Assembly: GCF_963921235.1 (NCBI RefSeq)
Contig: NC_086107.1
Coordinates: 107,944,001-108,008,000 of the forward strand
Length of the DNA stretch: 64,000 nucleotides
Source of the DNA: Mobula hypostoma
Taxonomy: Eukaryota
Direction: 5' to 3'
This document shows, piece after piece, positions 23,007 to 35,403 of the stretch; within the stretch, counting starts at the first letter, position 1, and each line of letters starts with the position of its first letter. The notes under the pieces are model-generated. The model had not been told where the DNA came from. It saw only the letters and a program-made list of their open reading frames with translations, and did not search any database. A program made the translations under genes and the position numbers.

Positions 23007-23012
23007 GCGCGC
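22966..23012. repeat. (TG)n(CG)n alternating purine-pyrimidine tract
   Basis: cgtgtg...gtgcgcgcgcgcacgcgcgcgc. Confidence 0.9.
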
Positions 23013-23679
23013 TATTCTGTATTCTGGTATTGCTTTCCCCTAACATTTTAATTTTAATTTAACTTTATTTTGAGATAGAGCACGGAACAGGCCCTTCCGG
23101 CCCAACAAGCTGCGTTGCCTAGCAACCAACCTATTGAACCGTAGTCTAATCACAGGACAATTTACAATGACCTATTAGCCTGCCAGTTGGTACATCATTG
23201 GACTGTGGGTGGAAACTGGAGTACCCGGAGACAACCCAGTCATGGGGAGAATGTACAAACTCCTTACAGACGGTGTTGGAACTGAACTCTGAACTCTGAC
23301 GCTCCGTTGCTCTATCACTTCGATATTCTGAGGTGACGGCGTGCAAAACAAAGTTTATCACTCTATGCACACAATCATAAAGCAATTGCCAAAATCCACA
23401 CACCAGTAGCCTAACAGACAGCAAAGGCTCTCTAGAAAGAGTTCTGGTCCGGCCTAGTGGGGAAATATTGTCCTGTGAAGAGACATTGAGCAGATTGGGA
23501 CTGAAACCTCTAGAACTTAGGTGAATGAGTCGTGATCTCACGGAAACATACAATGTTCCTGCAGGGCTTGAGGGAGCCGGAAACAAAGAAGATGTTCTCC
23601 TGGGCCAAAGGTCACTCTCTCAGAGTAAAAGGTCAGCCATTCAGAACTCAGGCGAGAAGAAAAATGATCATTGAGAGGG

Positions 23680-24105
23680 TAGTACTTACAGGCTGTTACA
23701 CCGCTAGCGTTTAGGGCAGCAATAAAGGTCTTCCATCTTGCCGGTATTCAAGGCTTACTACATTGTGTCAGTAGCTTTCTCTCAGTTTTCACTACTGTCA
23801 GTCATGCAGGTTCCAGATGAAGACTCAGGAATACCATTGTACTCAGACATAGAAGGATTCTTCGTTGCTGTTTCTGTAACAGTTTTGTTTTACCAGTCAG
23901 GGTTGTTAGTCCTGAGCTGAACCCCCAAACCTGGAGGACCAGTGGACCACTCTTAGTCTGTCCTCTACCCTTTGACCTGTTTGGCATGGGTGACCCTACC
24001 AAGAGCCAAAGCATAAAGCCCTGACTCCAGCCAACATAACTGTCCGGGTCATTGAGGCTCACAAGCCTCCAAACCCTACCACAAGGTCGTGGTCCTCTTG
24101 GAGGA
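23680..24105 (-). mobile_element. Family B RTE-derived element inserted in a plus-strand CR1 remnant (~23440-24270)
   Basis: Reverse complement of 12645-13055. Confidence 0.65.
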
Positions 24106-24504
24106 TCAAGATGGTAGCGCACCTTTGGAACTCTCTTCTCAAGAGGGACATAGAGGCTCATTTGCTGAGAATATTTAAGAGAGATTGAGAGATCTGTGAA
24201 TGTTAAAGTCATCAAGGGATATTGGTTAGTGCAGGAAAGTAACACGGAGGTGCAAGATCGCATGTGATCTTCAGAATCGGAATCAGGCTTATAAATTATT
24301 TATTTTTTGAGATACAGCACAGAATAGGCCCTTCTAGCCCTTTGAGTCGTGCTCCAATTTAATCCAAACCTAATCACAGGACAATTTATAATGACTAATT
24401 AACCTACCCAGCGGTAGGTTTTTGGACTGAGGGAGGAAACTGGAGCACCCGGAGAGAACCCATGCGGACACGGGAAGGACGTACAAACTCCTTACAGTCT
24501 GCGA

Positions 24505-24965
24505 CGTTCACTGACATTATTTCATGAAATTTGCTGTCTTATGGCAGTGGTACCCTACCATACATTAACAAAATATATCAGTAATTTACAAAAACTAAAC
24601 TGAGAAAAGGATAACCAACAAGCTAGTGTTCCTGGGTTTAAGGACCGTTCAAAAATCTGACGGTGGAGGGGACAAAGAACTTCTCTGAAAACATTGAGTG
24701 TGGGTGGGTCCTCAAGCTCCCTGTCTGGGTGTACTGCACCCCCGATGGCAGTAACACGGAGAGGGCATGTCCTGAATACTGTCTTCTTGAGGACTGTCTG
24801 CTGAAGATGTACTCGTCGTTGGGGAGGGTCGTGCCCGTGAAGGAGCTGGTCGAACGCACAACCCTCCACAGCTTCTTGCTGCCCTGTGGCGTTGGAGCCT
24901 CTGCACCAGGCGGTGATGCATCCAGTCAGAATGCCCTCTGCTGTACATCGGTAGAGGTTTGCTAG
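24505..24965 (-). mobile_element. Rex1/Babar-like fragment flanked by minus-strand V-SINEs (~24300-24500 and ~25020-25300)
   Basis: LANLYRCTAEGILTGCITAWC; GHALSVLLPSG; PSTVRFLNG. Confidence 0.75.
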
Positions 24966-25455
24966 AGGGACATTACAAATCTCCTCAGTCTCCCAATGAT
25001 TTACAGTATTTAATTTTTGAGATTTATTGAGATACATGGAATAGGCCCTTCCAGCCCTTTAGGGGGTGCCACTCAGCAATCCCCCGATTTAACCCTGGCC
25101 TAATCACAGGACAATTTACAATGACCAATTAACCTACCAACTGGTACATCTTTGGAGGAAACCGGAGCACCCAGAGGAAACCCACATGGTCAAGGGGAGA
25201 ACGTACAAACTCCTTGCAGGAGGCGGCAGGAACTGAACCTGGGCTGACTGTATCGTAAAGCGTCGTGATAACCTGATAACCACTACGCTACCGTGCCGCC
25301 CTAGTAGAGCCTTACTTAGCGTTAGACCAGACCGAGAAGAAAAGTGACCTACTCCTGCTTCGAATTGTTGCATTACGTAGCCTGGAAAACAGGCCATTCG
25401 GCCCATCTTGTCCATCCCATCCAAGTTGCCCAGTAGAGCTAGTCCGATTTGTCTG

Positions 25456-25889
25456 ATTTCTTCTCTGTGGATTGTCACCTTGTCGCGGTGGAGAAGCTTG
25501 TGTGGTCCTGAGATCCCGAGAGTGATGCTGTCTGGAGTTATGCTCCTGGTAGGGTCACCCATGGCGGTAAGGTCGAGGGTGAGGTCCCTGACAAAGAACA
25601 ATCCAACCAAGACCTCAACGGTGGAACAGACGGACAAAGTTACTTTGAACTTAACGGCTGTGAAGGCGGGTGAAGGCGGATGAATGCTGCAACAAATCCA
25701 TCAGCTTCAATCGTCGTGGTTTCCACGCCATTGGAATCAGCTGGTTGATTTGTGAAGTATCGTGTGCTTCTTGGAGTGCAACATCAAGTACACGTTAAAC
25801 AAATACACGCACAGGCGTCTTCGCTTTGTGGGCCACTTCTTCAGAATGAAGACCATCATCCTCGACCTCGAGGAATAGCCACGATGATG
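25456..25889 (+). mobile_element. RTE (Expander/Rex3-like) bipartite non-autonomous element with 15-bp TSD
   Basis: 5' gtcaccttgtcgcggtggagaagcttgtgtggtcc...ggtagggtcacccatggc; (GAT)n tail; flanks agtccgatttgtctg (25441-25455) and agtccaatttgcctg (25890-25904), inside a minus-strand CR1 end (~25385-26145). Confidence 0.75.
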
Positions 25890-26149
25890 AGTCCAATTTG
25901 CCTGCATTTGACCCATAGCTCTTTAAATCTTCCCTTTCCATGTACCTGTCCAAATGTCTTTTAAGGGACATAACTGTACCCATCTCCATCACGACTTCTA
26001 GCAGCACATTCTATATACCCACCATTCTCTGTATGATAAAGTTTTCCCTCAGGTCTTTTATAAAATCTTTCCACACTCACTTTAAACCTACACCATCAAA
26101 CATAGGACTCCCTTATCCTGAAGAAAAAACTGTGGTTATTCACCATATG

Positions 26150-28085
26150 TTTGACAGGATGTCACACGTGAGGCTGCTTAGCAAGATAAGGGCCCTTGGT
26201 ATTACAGGAAGGTTACTAACAAGGATAAGGCAGTGACTGATTGGCTGGAGGCAAAGAGTGGGAATAAAGAAGGCCTTTTGTGATTGGCTGCTAGTGGCTA
26301 GCAGTGTTTTACAGGGGTCAGTGTTGGGACCACGTATTTTTACATTCTATGTCAATGATTTGGATGATGGGATTGATGGGCTCGTGGCCAAGTTTGCAGA
26401 CAAAACAAAGATAGGTGGTAGGTAATGTTTTGGAAGCAGAGAGGTTACAGAAGGACTTAGACAGATTAGAAGATTGGCAAAGAAATGGCGAATGGAATAC
26501 AGTGTCAGCAAGTGTATAGTCATGCATTTTGGTAGAAGGAATGAAAGTGTGGACTATTTTCTACATGGGGAGAAAATTCAAAAATCTGAGGTTTCAAAGG
26601 TACATTTAATGTCAGAGAAATGTATACAATATACAGCCTGAAATGCTTTTTCTTCACAACCATCCACGAAAACAGAGGAGTGTCCCACAGAATGAAAGAC
26701 AGTTAAATGTTAGAATCCCCAAAGTCCCCCCCAGCTCCCCTCCCTCCTGCGCGTAAGTGGCATCAAGCAATGATCCCCTCTCCCCCCACCGGCAAAAAAA
26801 ACACATCAGCACCCACCACCGAGCACTCAAGTGTGAGCAAAGCAACAGCAAAGACACAGACTTGCAGTTCCCCCAAAGACTTCATGTTTCATTCGGTATT
26901 CCACAGGCTCTCTCCCTCCCTAATTAGGGAGAAACAGATGTCTCCGTTTCACAGCGAGAGGGGAAACATAACAAACAACTCGCTGGTTTATGATGTTAAA
27001 AGTCCGTTGAGTCGCTTTTTCCGAGCTCTGTGCCCAAAAGTCTCAGGTCTCTGGGAACACAGCCAAAGATCTTCCAGCTCCCACGACACACCGGTCCAGG
27101 ACACCGACCTTCGATCTGCCCGCCTCCAGAACACTGAGATCCTAGGCCTCTAAATGCGAGCCAAACTCTTAGGCCGCGCCCTTGGCATGTCGGATAATGG
27201 CCAGTCATGACTCCCCGAGGGCGGGTCCCATTCCTGCAAAGAACCAAAGTCTGCGTGTAACTCAGCTCAGGGTCTTCAAAAGAACTCTGAAAGGGAAAAA
27301 TAGATTTATTAAAGATGGAAATAGAGCTGTTTCTGAAGATGCAAGCAAAGGAATTGCCGGTTAGCACTTGGGAGTCCTCATGTAGGATTCCCTAAGGGTT
27401 AACCTGGAGGTTGAGTCAGTGGTGAGGAAAGCAAATGCAATGTTAGATTAGATAATGACAACACTCAGTCCTTGTTTATTGTCATGTTAGCATTCGTTTT
27501 GAGAGGACTGGAATGCAAAAAGCAAGACTGTAATGCAAAGGCTTTACAAGGGACCTGGTGTGGCCTCACTTGGAGTATTGTGAGCAGTTTCGGCCCCTTA
27601 TCTAAGCAAGGATATGCTGACATTGTGTAGGGTTCAAAGGAGCTTCACGAAAATGGTTCTGGGATTGGAAGGCTTGTCATGTTAGGAATGTTTAATGACT
27701 CTGGGCCTCTATTCACTGGAACTTAGAAGAATGGGGAGGGATCTCATTGAAATCTATTGAATGTTAAAAGGCCTGGATAGAGTGGATAATGGAGAAGTAA
27801 TTTCCTACAGTGGGGGAGTCTAAGACCAGAGGGCACAACCTCAGAATAGAGGGACGTCCATTTAGAACGGGGATGAGGAGGAATTTCTTTAGCCAGAGTG
27901 GGTGACTCTGTGGAATTCGTTGCCACGGGCGGCTGTGGTGTCCAGGTCATTGGGGGTATTTAAGCCAGAGGTTGATAGATTCTTGATTAGTCAGGGCGTA
28001 AAAGGTTACGGGGAAAAGGCAGGAGAACGTGGTTGAGGGAGAAATGAATCAACCATGGTGGAACAGAGGAGCAGACTCGATGGGC
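26150..28085 (+). mobile_element. CR1-like RT to 3' end remnant (interrupted)
   Basis: FDRMSHVRLL; LQGSVLGP; KFAD; DLDRL; continues after the insert with LEYCEQF and TRGHNLRI. Confidence 0.8.
26593..27365 (-). mobile_element. Non-coding repeat, family D
   Basis: Collinear with 57430-57717 plus 58397-58830 (gacagttaaatgttaga; aaatagagctgtttctgaag..gcaagcaaagga); interrupts the CR1. Confidence 0.7.
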
Positions 28086-28087
28086 TG

Positions 28088-28220
28088 AGAGAGAAAGACA
28101 GAGAGAGAGAGAGAGTGAGAGAGAGCGAGAGAAAGAGAGAGAGAGGGGGAGAGAGAGGGAGAGCAAGAGAGAAAGAGAGAGAGAGGGGGAGAGAGAGGGA
28201 GAGGGAGCGAGAGGGAGAAA
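28088..28220 (+). repeat. GA-rich microsatellite
   Basis: (GA)n with interruptions. Confidence 0.9.
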
Positions 28221-28394
28221 TGCGGTGGATTTTGAACTCTGACCTTCAGGGTCAACAACCCCCATTAAACCACGGGAGCCTCCTTCTCATTCTCTTGCCC
28301 TACCCTGTGCTTCACAAATTGGGAGCACGTTCCTTTAAAGTTACGTCATGTCCTGCACTACAGGAGCCTTTTGTTCAAAGGCGTTGGGGTAAAT

Positions 28395-28495
28395 GGCAAC
28401 ACACACCAAATGCCGGAGGAACTCAGCAGGCCAGGCAGCATCTGTAGAAAAAAGTACAGTTAACGTTTCGGGGCCGAAACCCTTTGGCAGGACGG
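28395..28495 (-). mobile_element. Penelope pLTR terminus with degenerate hammerhead
   Basis: gcaacacacaccaaatgccggaggaactcagcaggccaggcagcatc...cagttaacgtttcggggccgaaaccctttggcaggac. Confidence 0.65.
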
Positions 28496-28789
28496 CATGG
28501 TGCTGTCCACCGGTGGGAGACTGAAAGGTCATCCCGGAGGCTTCAGACTGGGTGAGGGTGAGGGGTGGGAATCAGGATGGGAGCTTACATGGATTGGAGG
28601 TGAATTTGATATAATTTTCTCCCAGGAGACCTTCCCATCAGCAGATGGGTCAGGCACCAGCAGGATTTGCAATTTGAAGCAACTGACATGAGGGGGTTGG
28701 AACTGGAGGTGGAGAGAACGTACAGACTCCTCACTGGACCCTCAATCTCCAAACTGGAAAAATCACAGTCTATGCAGATCAGAATTAAC

Positions 28790-29915
28790 TTCTCCACCTA
28801 CAGTTGTACCGTGAAGAGCATTCTAACTGGCTGCATCACCGTCCGGTATGAAGCCGGGGGTTCACTACTTGCACAGAATCAAAATAAGCTCCAGAGAGCT
28901 GTAAAGCCTCCCTAGTATCCAAGTCATCTTCAAGGAGGTGTCGTCCATCATTAATGACCCCCATCACCCCTGTCATGCCTTGTTCTCATTGCTACCATCA
29001 GGAAGGAAGTACAGAAGCTTGAAGGCACACACTCAACGATTCAGGAACAGCTTCTTCCCCTCCGCCATCCGATTTCTGAATGGGCATTGAACCCATTAGG
29101 TTAGATTATGAGGACACGCAGTCCTCTTTTATTGTCATTTAGTAATGCATGCATTAAGAAATGATACAATGTTCCTCCGGTGTGATATCACAGAAACACA
29201 AGACAAACCAAGACTAAAACTGATAAAAACCACATAATTATAACATATAGTTACAACAGTGCAAGCAATACCATAACTTGATGAAGATCAGGCCATGGGC
29301 ACGGTAAAAAAAGTTCAAAGTCTCTCGAAAGTCCCACATCTCACGCAGACGGGAGAAGGAAGAAAACTCTCCCTGCCATGCCCGACCACAGTCCAACTCT
29401 GAGTTGTCCGAAAACTTCGAGCCTCCGGCCAGTCCTCCGACACCGAGCACCGAGCACCATCCCTGCCGAGCTCTTCGACCCCAGCCCCGGCCGCCAGCAG
29501 CAGGCAAAGCCGAGGATTTTGGGGCCTTCCCTCCGGAGATCCTCAATCGCACAGTAGCAGCGGCAGTGAACCGGGCATTTCGGAAGTTTCTCCAGATGTT
29601 CCTCCGTGCTCTCACGTCTGTCTCCTTCAAGTCAGAATTGTGCACGGCACCCTACTTACAAATACGATATCATTTCACCGGAGAGGCTATGCGCGCTGCG
29701 TCGTGCCACCATCTTCTCCTCCCTCCTCCTGCATGAACACTATCTCACTACTTTTTTATTCCATATTTGCACTACTTACTTAATTTAACTATTATATATA
29801 TACTTACCATCATTCACATTTTTTCCCTATTATTATGTATTGCATTGTACTGCTGCCACAAAGTTAACAAATTTCAGGACATATGCTGGTGATGTTAAAC
29901 CTGGTTCTGATTCTG
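28790..29915 (+). mobile_element. Rex1/Babar-like fragment interrupted by a family A element
   Basis: YSCTVKSILTGCITVRY; cattgaacccat breaks at 29095 and resumes catgaacac at ~29732. Confidence 0.75.
29096..29730 (-). mobile_element. Family A non-coding retroelement, near full length
   Basis: Reverse complement of 57718-58396; 5' end reads aagatggtggc on the minus strand. Confidence 0.8.
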
Positions 29916-30164
29916 ACTGTGAATGGACGTGAACATTGATCACTGATCGCTGGTGCTGTGAAGGATTATGCCAACCATAGGTGAGAAGGGAGGGCAGGAA
30001 AATAAAGACTGCTGGTCAAAAGTGAATGAGACTGTGGGGAGTGTTGGAGAGTGAAAGGGAAGAGGGAGAGAGGATGAACTTGAGAAAGAGGGAATGTAAA
30101 ATGAGAGGGAAACGCTCCTGTGAGAAGAGAGAGGGTACAAGAAGGATGGAGAGTGGGATGTGAG

Positions 30165-31235
30165 AACATCTCTGACGAACTACCCTGGGCCCAACATTTA
30201 TGAAGAAAGCAGGCCAGCACCTTTACTTTAGAAGGAGTTTGAGGAGATTTCTTTTCCAACAAAGACCCTACAGAATTTCCACTGATGTATGGTTGCATCA
30301 CCAACTGATTTGGAGAATCCAATTGACTAGATTGAAAACTCAGCCAGTTCCATCGTGGACACAAGCCTCCCCACCATTGAGGAAATCTTCAAGAGGTGGT
30401 GCCCCAAGAGGTGATATCCATCATTAAGGACCCTCACCATCCAGATCCTGCCCCTTTCTCATTGCTACCATCAAGGAGGAGGTGCTAGTTCTCCATCATA
30501 TCTGATGATGACAGGAAACCTGTGCGGGAGAGTTTCTAAAGTGGAAAAGCCATTTCACTGGGGCATTTCCATTCTCTTGACCTCAGAAGTCTGGGTCCAG
30601 TGGTACAAGCAAGCACCACAGACTGGGGTTTTCCTTGGTTGCAGTGGATGACCATGATGTCTTCTGTGCCTGGTCATGCCCTTCGCTCTCCGCGGAGTGT
30701 TACAGTCCCACCTTCCTGGCCATTGGATCTCACTGCGGATCTCATCCACCCAGCCCGCTGGAACTGACTTCACATGCTGGGACAGGCATGTTCCTACCTC
30801 ACTGGGTTATGAGGCCGCCGGCTACCCTCACCTGGTTTAGCCCACCTGTCGAAGCGGTGTACCAGGGTGTGGCCGCTGTCGCATGCAGACAGCTACTCAG
30901 AGCCACAGGTGAGAGCTGAGTGGGGACCAAAGGTGAGTGATCTGACCTGGAATGGACACGACAAGCCCCTCCCTGGACACTCCACGCACCCCCACCATCG
31001 AGGATGAGGTGCAGGAGCCTGAAAGCCCAAATTTATATTTTAGGAACAGCTTCATCCCCTCCACCATCTGATCTCTGAATAGCCCATGAACAGTACTTTG
31101 CTCTCTTTCTGCCCTATTTATTTTTTATTTTATATTTCCTGATGTAACTTACAGTAATTCTGATGTCTTGCACTGTACCGCTGCCGCAAAAGGGCAAGTT
31201 TCACAGCAGTGGCCATAAATCTAGTCCTGATTCTG
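30165..31235 (+). mobile_element. Rex1/Babar-like fragment interrupted at ~30490-30975 by family E (minus)
   Basis: KKAGQHLYFRRSLRRF; ctaccatcaaggaggaggtgc resumes as ccaccatcgaggatgaggtgcaggagcc; the insert is the reverse complement of 35536-36583. Confidence 0.7.
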
Positions 31236-31239
31236 AGAA

Positions 31240-31460
31240 GGGAGTGTGAGGAGTAGGGAGAGAAATCTTAGAGGGAAAGGGTTGGCGAGAGGGGAGAGAA
31301 GAAGAGGGAGAGGAGGAGAAGAAGGGGGAGAAGAAAAGGGAGGGGTGGAGAAGAAGGAAGGGGAAGGAGGAAGAGGCAAGAATGAATGGGAGAGAGAGGA
31401 TGAGGAGAAGGCAAGAGAGGGAGAAGGAAAGGGATGAGCAAAGGGAAGGGAGGAGAAAAA
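31240..31460 (+). repeat. Purine-rich low-complexity tract
   Basis: Almost exclusively G/A. Confidence 0.85.
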
Positions 31461-31695
31461 TGGTGGTGGCTTTTTTGTTCTTCGTTAAAGTGTTTTCAGA
31501 AAATGGCACTGACACCATTGGGACAATTACCAGTCAGGATGGGGTGGCCCGTGGTGCTGGAGGGAGAGGGGAAGGGAGTGGATCATCTTCACTGACGAGT
31601 TGACGGACTGATAAACAGAACACGTTCAGCACCCAGCACGGCAATTACAACCCTACACTGCCACCCAGTGGTAATGTGATAAACTGTCTCCGGAT

Positions 31696-31698
<3 letters not shown>

Positions 31699-31760
<62 letters not shown>

Positions 31761-31815
31761 ACAGAGTCATTCTCCACTCCACATACAACACACTGTACAC
31801 ATAGACAGACAGACA

Positions 31816-31851
<36 letters not shown>

Positions 31852-31898
31852 CAATCTCTACTCCACATACAACACACTGTACACATAGACACAGACAG

Positions 31899-31944
<46 letters not shown>

Positions 31945-31997
31945 ACAGAGTCAATCTCCACTCCACAAACAACACACTGTACACATAGACAGATACA

Positions 31998-32037
<40 letters not shown>

Positions 32038-32203
32038 CAATCTCCACTCCACATACAACACACTGTACACATAGATAGACACAGACAGACAGACAGACAG
32101 ACACACACACACATATGCACTCTTCCACTCTACATCAAACACATACACACACACACACATATATACAGATATGCGTTTACACATATATGCTCACATACAC
32201 TAT

Positions 32204-32240
<37 letters not shown>
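31699..32240 (+). repeat. Compound (CA)n minisatellite with higher-order unit
   Basis: Four copies of cagagtcaWtctcYactccacaWacaacacactgtacacataga separated by (CA)n runs. Confidence 0.9.
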
Positions 32241-32241
<1 letters not shown>

Positions 32242-32279
32242 AAACACACCTGTTATCTGAGTAAACACATCATTTACAA

Positions 32280-33170
32280 CCCACAATGAATTCAGGGCAC
32301 AGATAAAAAGAATTGAGAAGTTACAAAGTGAGATAGGTTGAGAACTAAATACATGGGCAAACTGGAAGAGGATGTGAGGAACATTGATAGGCAAGGATGT
32401 AATACAGACTGGAGACTGAAAGAATTTCAACCCTAACACTCACGAAGTGCAATCAGTTGAGTTGGAAGTAACATCAATGTGCAGGAAACACCGGTGATTG
32501 TTGTCTATAGACCTGCAGATAGGAAAGATATAAATCCTAAGAACAGAGGTGCATGTAAAAACTTAATGCAGTAATCACAGGAAACTTTAATCTACATATG
32601 GATCAGCAAATAACCAGGAGAATGAGGGGTGACCTCATTGAAACCTAATTAAACGTTGAAAGGTCTCAATAGAGAGGATGTGGAGAGGATAATTCATATG
32701 GTGGGAGACTCTGTGACCAGAGGGCACAGCCTCAGAATAGAGAGATGTCCTTTTAGAACAGAGCTGGGGAGGAGTTTCTTTAGCCAGGGAATGGTGAATC
32801 TATGGAATTTGTTGCCACAGTGGAGGCCAACACATTGGGTATACTCAAGGCAGGGGTTGATAGGTTCTTGATTAGTCAGGGCATGAGAGGATACGGGGAG
32901 AAGGCAGGAAATTGGGGCTGAGAGGGAAAATGGATCAGTCATGATGGAATGGTGGAGCAGACTTGATAGGCCGAATGGCCTAATCTGCTCCAATATCTTA
33001 TGGTCTTATGGTAATACTGTGGTGCAAGAATTCAATGGAGTGTATCAAAGATAGCTTTCAGAACCAATGTTTGGAGAGACTCATGATGGAATGGACTATT
33101 TTAGATCTAATATTATGCACCGAAAAAGGGTTAACTGATAGTTATGGGGAAGAGTGATCATAATATAGTA
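32280..33170 (+). mobile_element. CR1 endonuclease-domain remnant with a nested CR1 3' end (~32615-33010)
   Basis: VIVVYRP, VITGNFN, ILDLILC, GKSDHNI (AP-endonuclease motifs); nested copy gives TRGHSLRIERCPFRTE. Confidence 0.65.
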
Positions 33171-33640
33171 CTTCGTAAATGTTTATGCATTTAGAGATGC
33201 AATACTGTTAAGATGCCCTTCCGGCCTCACAAGCCCACACCGCCCAGTTACACCCATGTGACCAATTAACCTGGTAACCCGTACGTCTTTGAAATCTGAG
33301 AGGAAAGCGAAGCACCCGGAGGAAACACAAATGTTCACGGGAAGAATGCTCAAATTCCTTACAGACAGTGGTGGGACTGAACCCAGATCACTGGCATTAC
33401 TCTACCGTGTCACCCCCAAGTTTTATGGTTTATGTTTTAAGTCTAACCTTGTATGAAAACATAACAAGAAAAAGCCAGATACTTCTCCCAGGGAGGAAAT
33501 GGTTAATTTTAAAGTGCTTGGAGGAAAGTATAGAGGGGTTGTCAGGGGAAAGATGTTTTTTACACAGAGAATAGTGGGATGTGTGGAAAATCCTGCCAGG
33601 ATTGCTGACAGTGGCGGATATATTAGGCAGATACAAATAC

Positions 33641-34183
33641 ACTCAATAATTGTACCATGGAGAGCATTCTGACAGGCTGCCTCAGTGTTTGGTATGGAGG
33701 GACTACTGCACAGGACCGAAAGAAGCTGCAGAAGGTTGTAAATCTAGTCAGCTCCATCTTGGCTACTAGCCTACAAAGTACCCAGGACATCTTCAAGGAG
33801 CGGTGTCTCAGAAAGGCAGCGCCCATTATTAAGGACCCTCCAGCACCCAGGGCATGCACTTTTCTCACTGTTACCATCAGGTAGGAGGTACAGAAGCCTG
33901 AAGGCACACACTCAGCGATTCAGGAACAGCTTCTTCCCCTCTGCCATCCGATTCCTAAATGAACATTGAACCCATGAACACTACCTCACTTTTTTTAATA
34001 TACAGTATTTCTGTTTTTGTACAGTAAAAAAAATCTATTCAATATATGTTATTGATTTACCTGTTTATTTATTATTATTATTATTTTCTCTCTGCTAGAT
34101 TATGTATTGCATTGTACTGCTGCTGCTAAGTTAACAAGTTTCACGTCACATGCCTGTGATAATAAACCTGATTCTGATTCTGA
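33641..34183 (+). mobile_element. Rex1/Babar-like 3' fragment inside a CR1 end (~33470-34335)
   Basis: MESILTGCLSVWYGGTTAQDRKKLQKVV...RCLRKAAPIIKDP; cctgattctgattctga tail. Confidence 0.8.
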
Positions 34184-35138
34184 CATCTACGAAACTCTTA
34201 GATAGGCATATAGATGATAGAAAAATGGAGGGCTATGTAGGAGAGAAGGATTGGATAGATCCTACAGAAGGTTAAAATGTCAGCATAACATCATGGGCTG
34301 AAGGTCCTGTACTGGGCCCTATTTTCTATGTTCTAATTTGGTTTCATAAGAAACCAGAGTCTTAATCTAGAAAACTAAGATGGTATGAGATGTGCGCTGA
34401 CGATAGATTTGGAAACTGGATTGGCGTTTATAACAGTATACGAGTGATCTCTAATGTACAAAGAATTAACTGTACACGATATTCAACAGATGTTTAAAAC
34501 AGAACCCGATTCGTGGTCCAGTCAAAGCTCAGAAGAGCTATTACAAGTTCCATGATCAACTTAAGTACCTCAGCATTATTCTTTCAGAGGATCTGAAATG
34601 GGTCCAGCTCTTAAGTGCCGAAGAAAGTAAGGCAGCACCTCTACTTTCGTAAAAGTTTGTAAAGATTCAGCATGTTATTTAACACTTTGACAAATTTCTA
34701 TAGATGTGTGGTGGAGAGTATATTGACAGCCTACATCGCAGCCTGGTATGGAAACACCGATGCCCTTGAATGGAAAATCCTACAAAAAGTAGTGGATACG
34801 GCCCAGTCCATCACCGATAAAGCCCTCTCCACCATTGAGCATATCCACATGAAATATTGTCGCAGGAAAGCTGCATCCATCATCAGAGGTCCTCACCATC
34901 CAGGCCATGCTCTCTTCTCACTGCTGCCATCAGGAAGATGGTACAGGAGCCTCAGGACTCACACCACCAGTTCAGGAACAGTTACTATCCCTCAACCATC
35001 AGGTTCTTGAACCAGAGGGGATAACCTCACTTAACTTCACTTGCCCCATCACTGAACTGTTCCCACAACCTATGGACTCACTTTCAAGGACTCTTCAACT
35101 GATGTTCTCGATATTATTTACTTATTATTGATTATTTG

Positions 35139-35403
35139 GCGACCCTGCTGGTGGCATAGTGGCATCGGCGTCGGACTCTGGGACGAAAAGTCCGGGGTTC
35201 GAATCCAGCCGGCTCCCAAGCACGCTTTCCCTCCGTGCTGGGTTACGAGCTGGTGATCTCTTTGGAAACTCACCCGGCAGAAGGCAATGGCAAACCACTG
35301 CTGTAACTTGCCTTTTACGTGACTCCCCACTACTTCAGAGAGACGTGGAGGGAAATCGTCCGCTAACCGGAGAAACTCCAGATGCGACATACCTTTCCTT
35401 TCC
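35139..35403 (+). mobile_element. tRNA-derived SINE with RTE/BovB-like body and 13-bp TSD
   Basis: A box tggcatagtgg; B box ggttcgaatcc; gaaggcaatggcaaaccact; (CCTTT)n tail; TSD tattgattatttg at 35126-35138 and 35404-35416. Confidence 0.8.

Larger units (their letters stand above)
21660..23310. mobile_element. Cluster of HE1/V-SINE-like SINEs (minus at 21660, 22120, 22240, 23060; plus at 22560)
   Basis: Repeated ggacaatttacaatgac...ctttggactgtgggaggaaaccagagcacccggaggaaacccac blocks. Confidence 0.75.

Noticed and set aside
31760..32085. Repeat-spacer pattern resembling CRISPR
   Set aside because: The spacers are just (CA)n runs.
31589..32184. Cys/Val-rich ORFs
   Set aside because: Translation of (TG)n repeats.
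35139..35215. tRNA gene
   Set aside because: A and B boxes are present, but the sequence continues into a SINE body with tail and TSD; no convincing cloverleaf.
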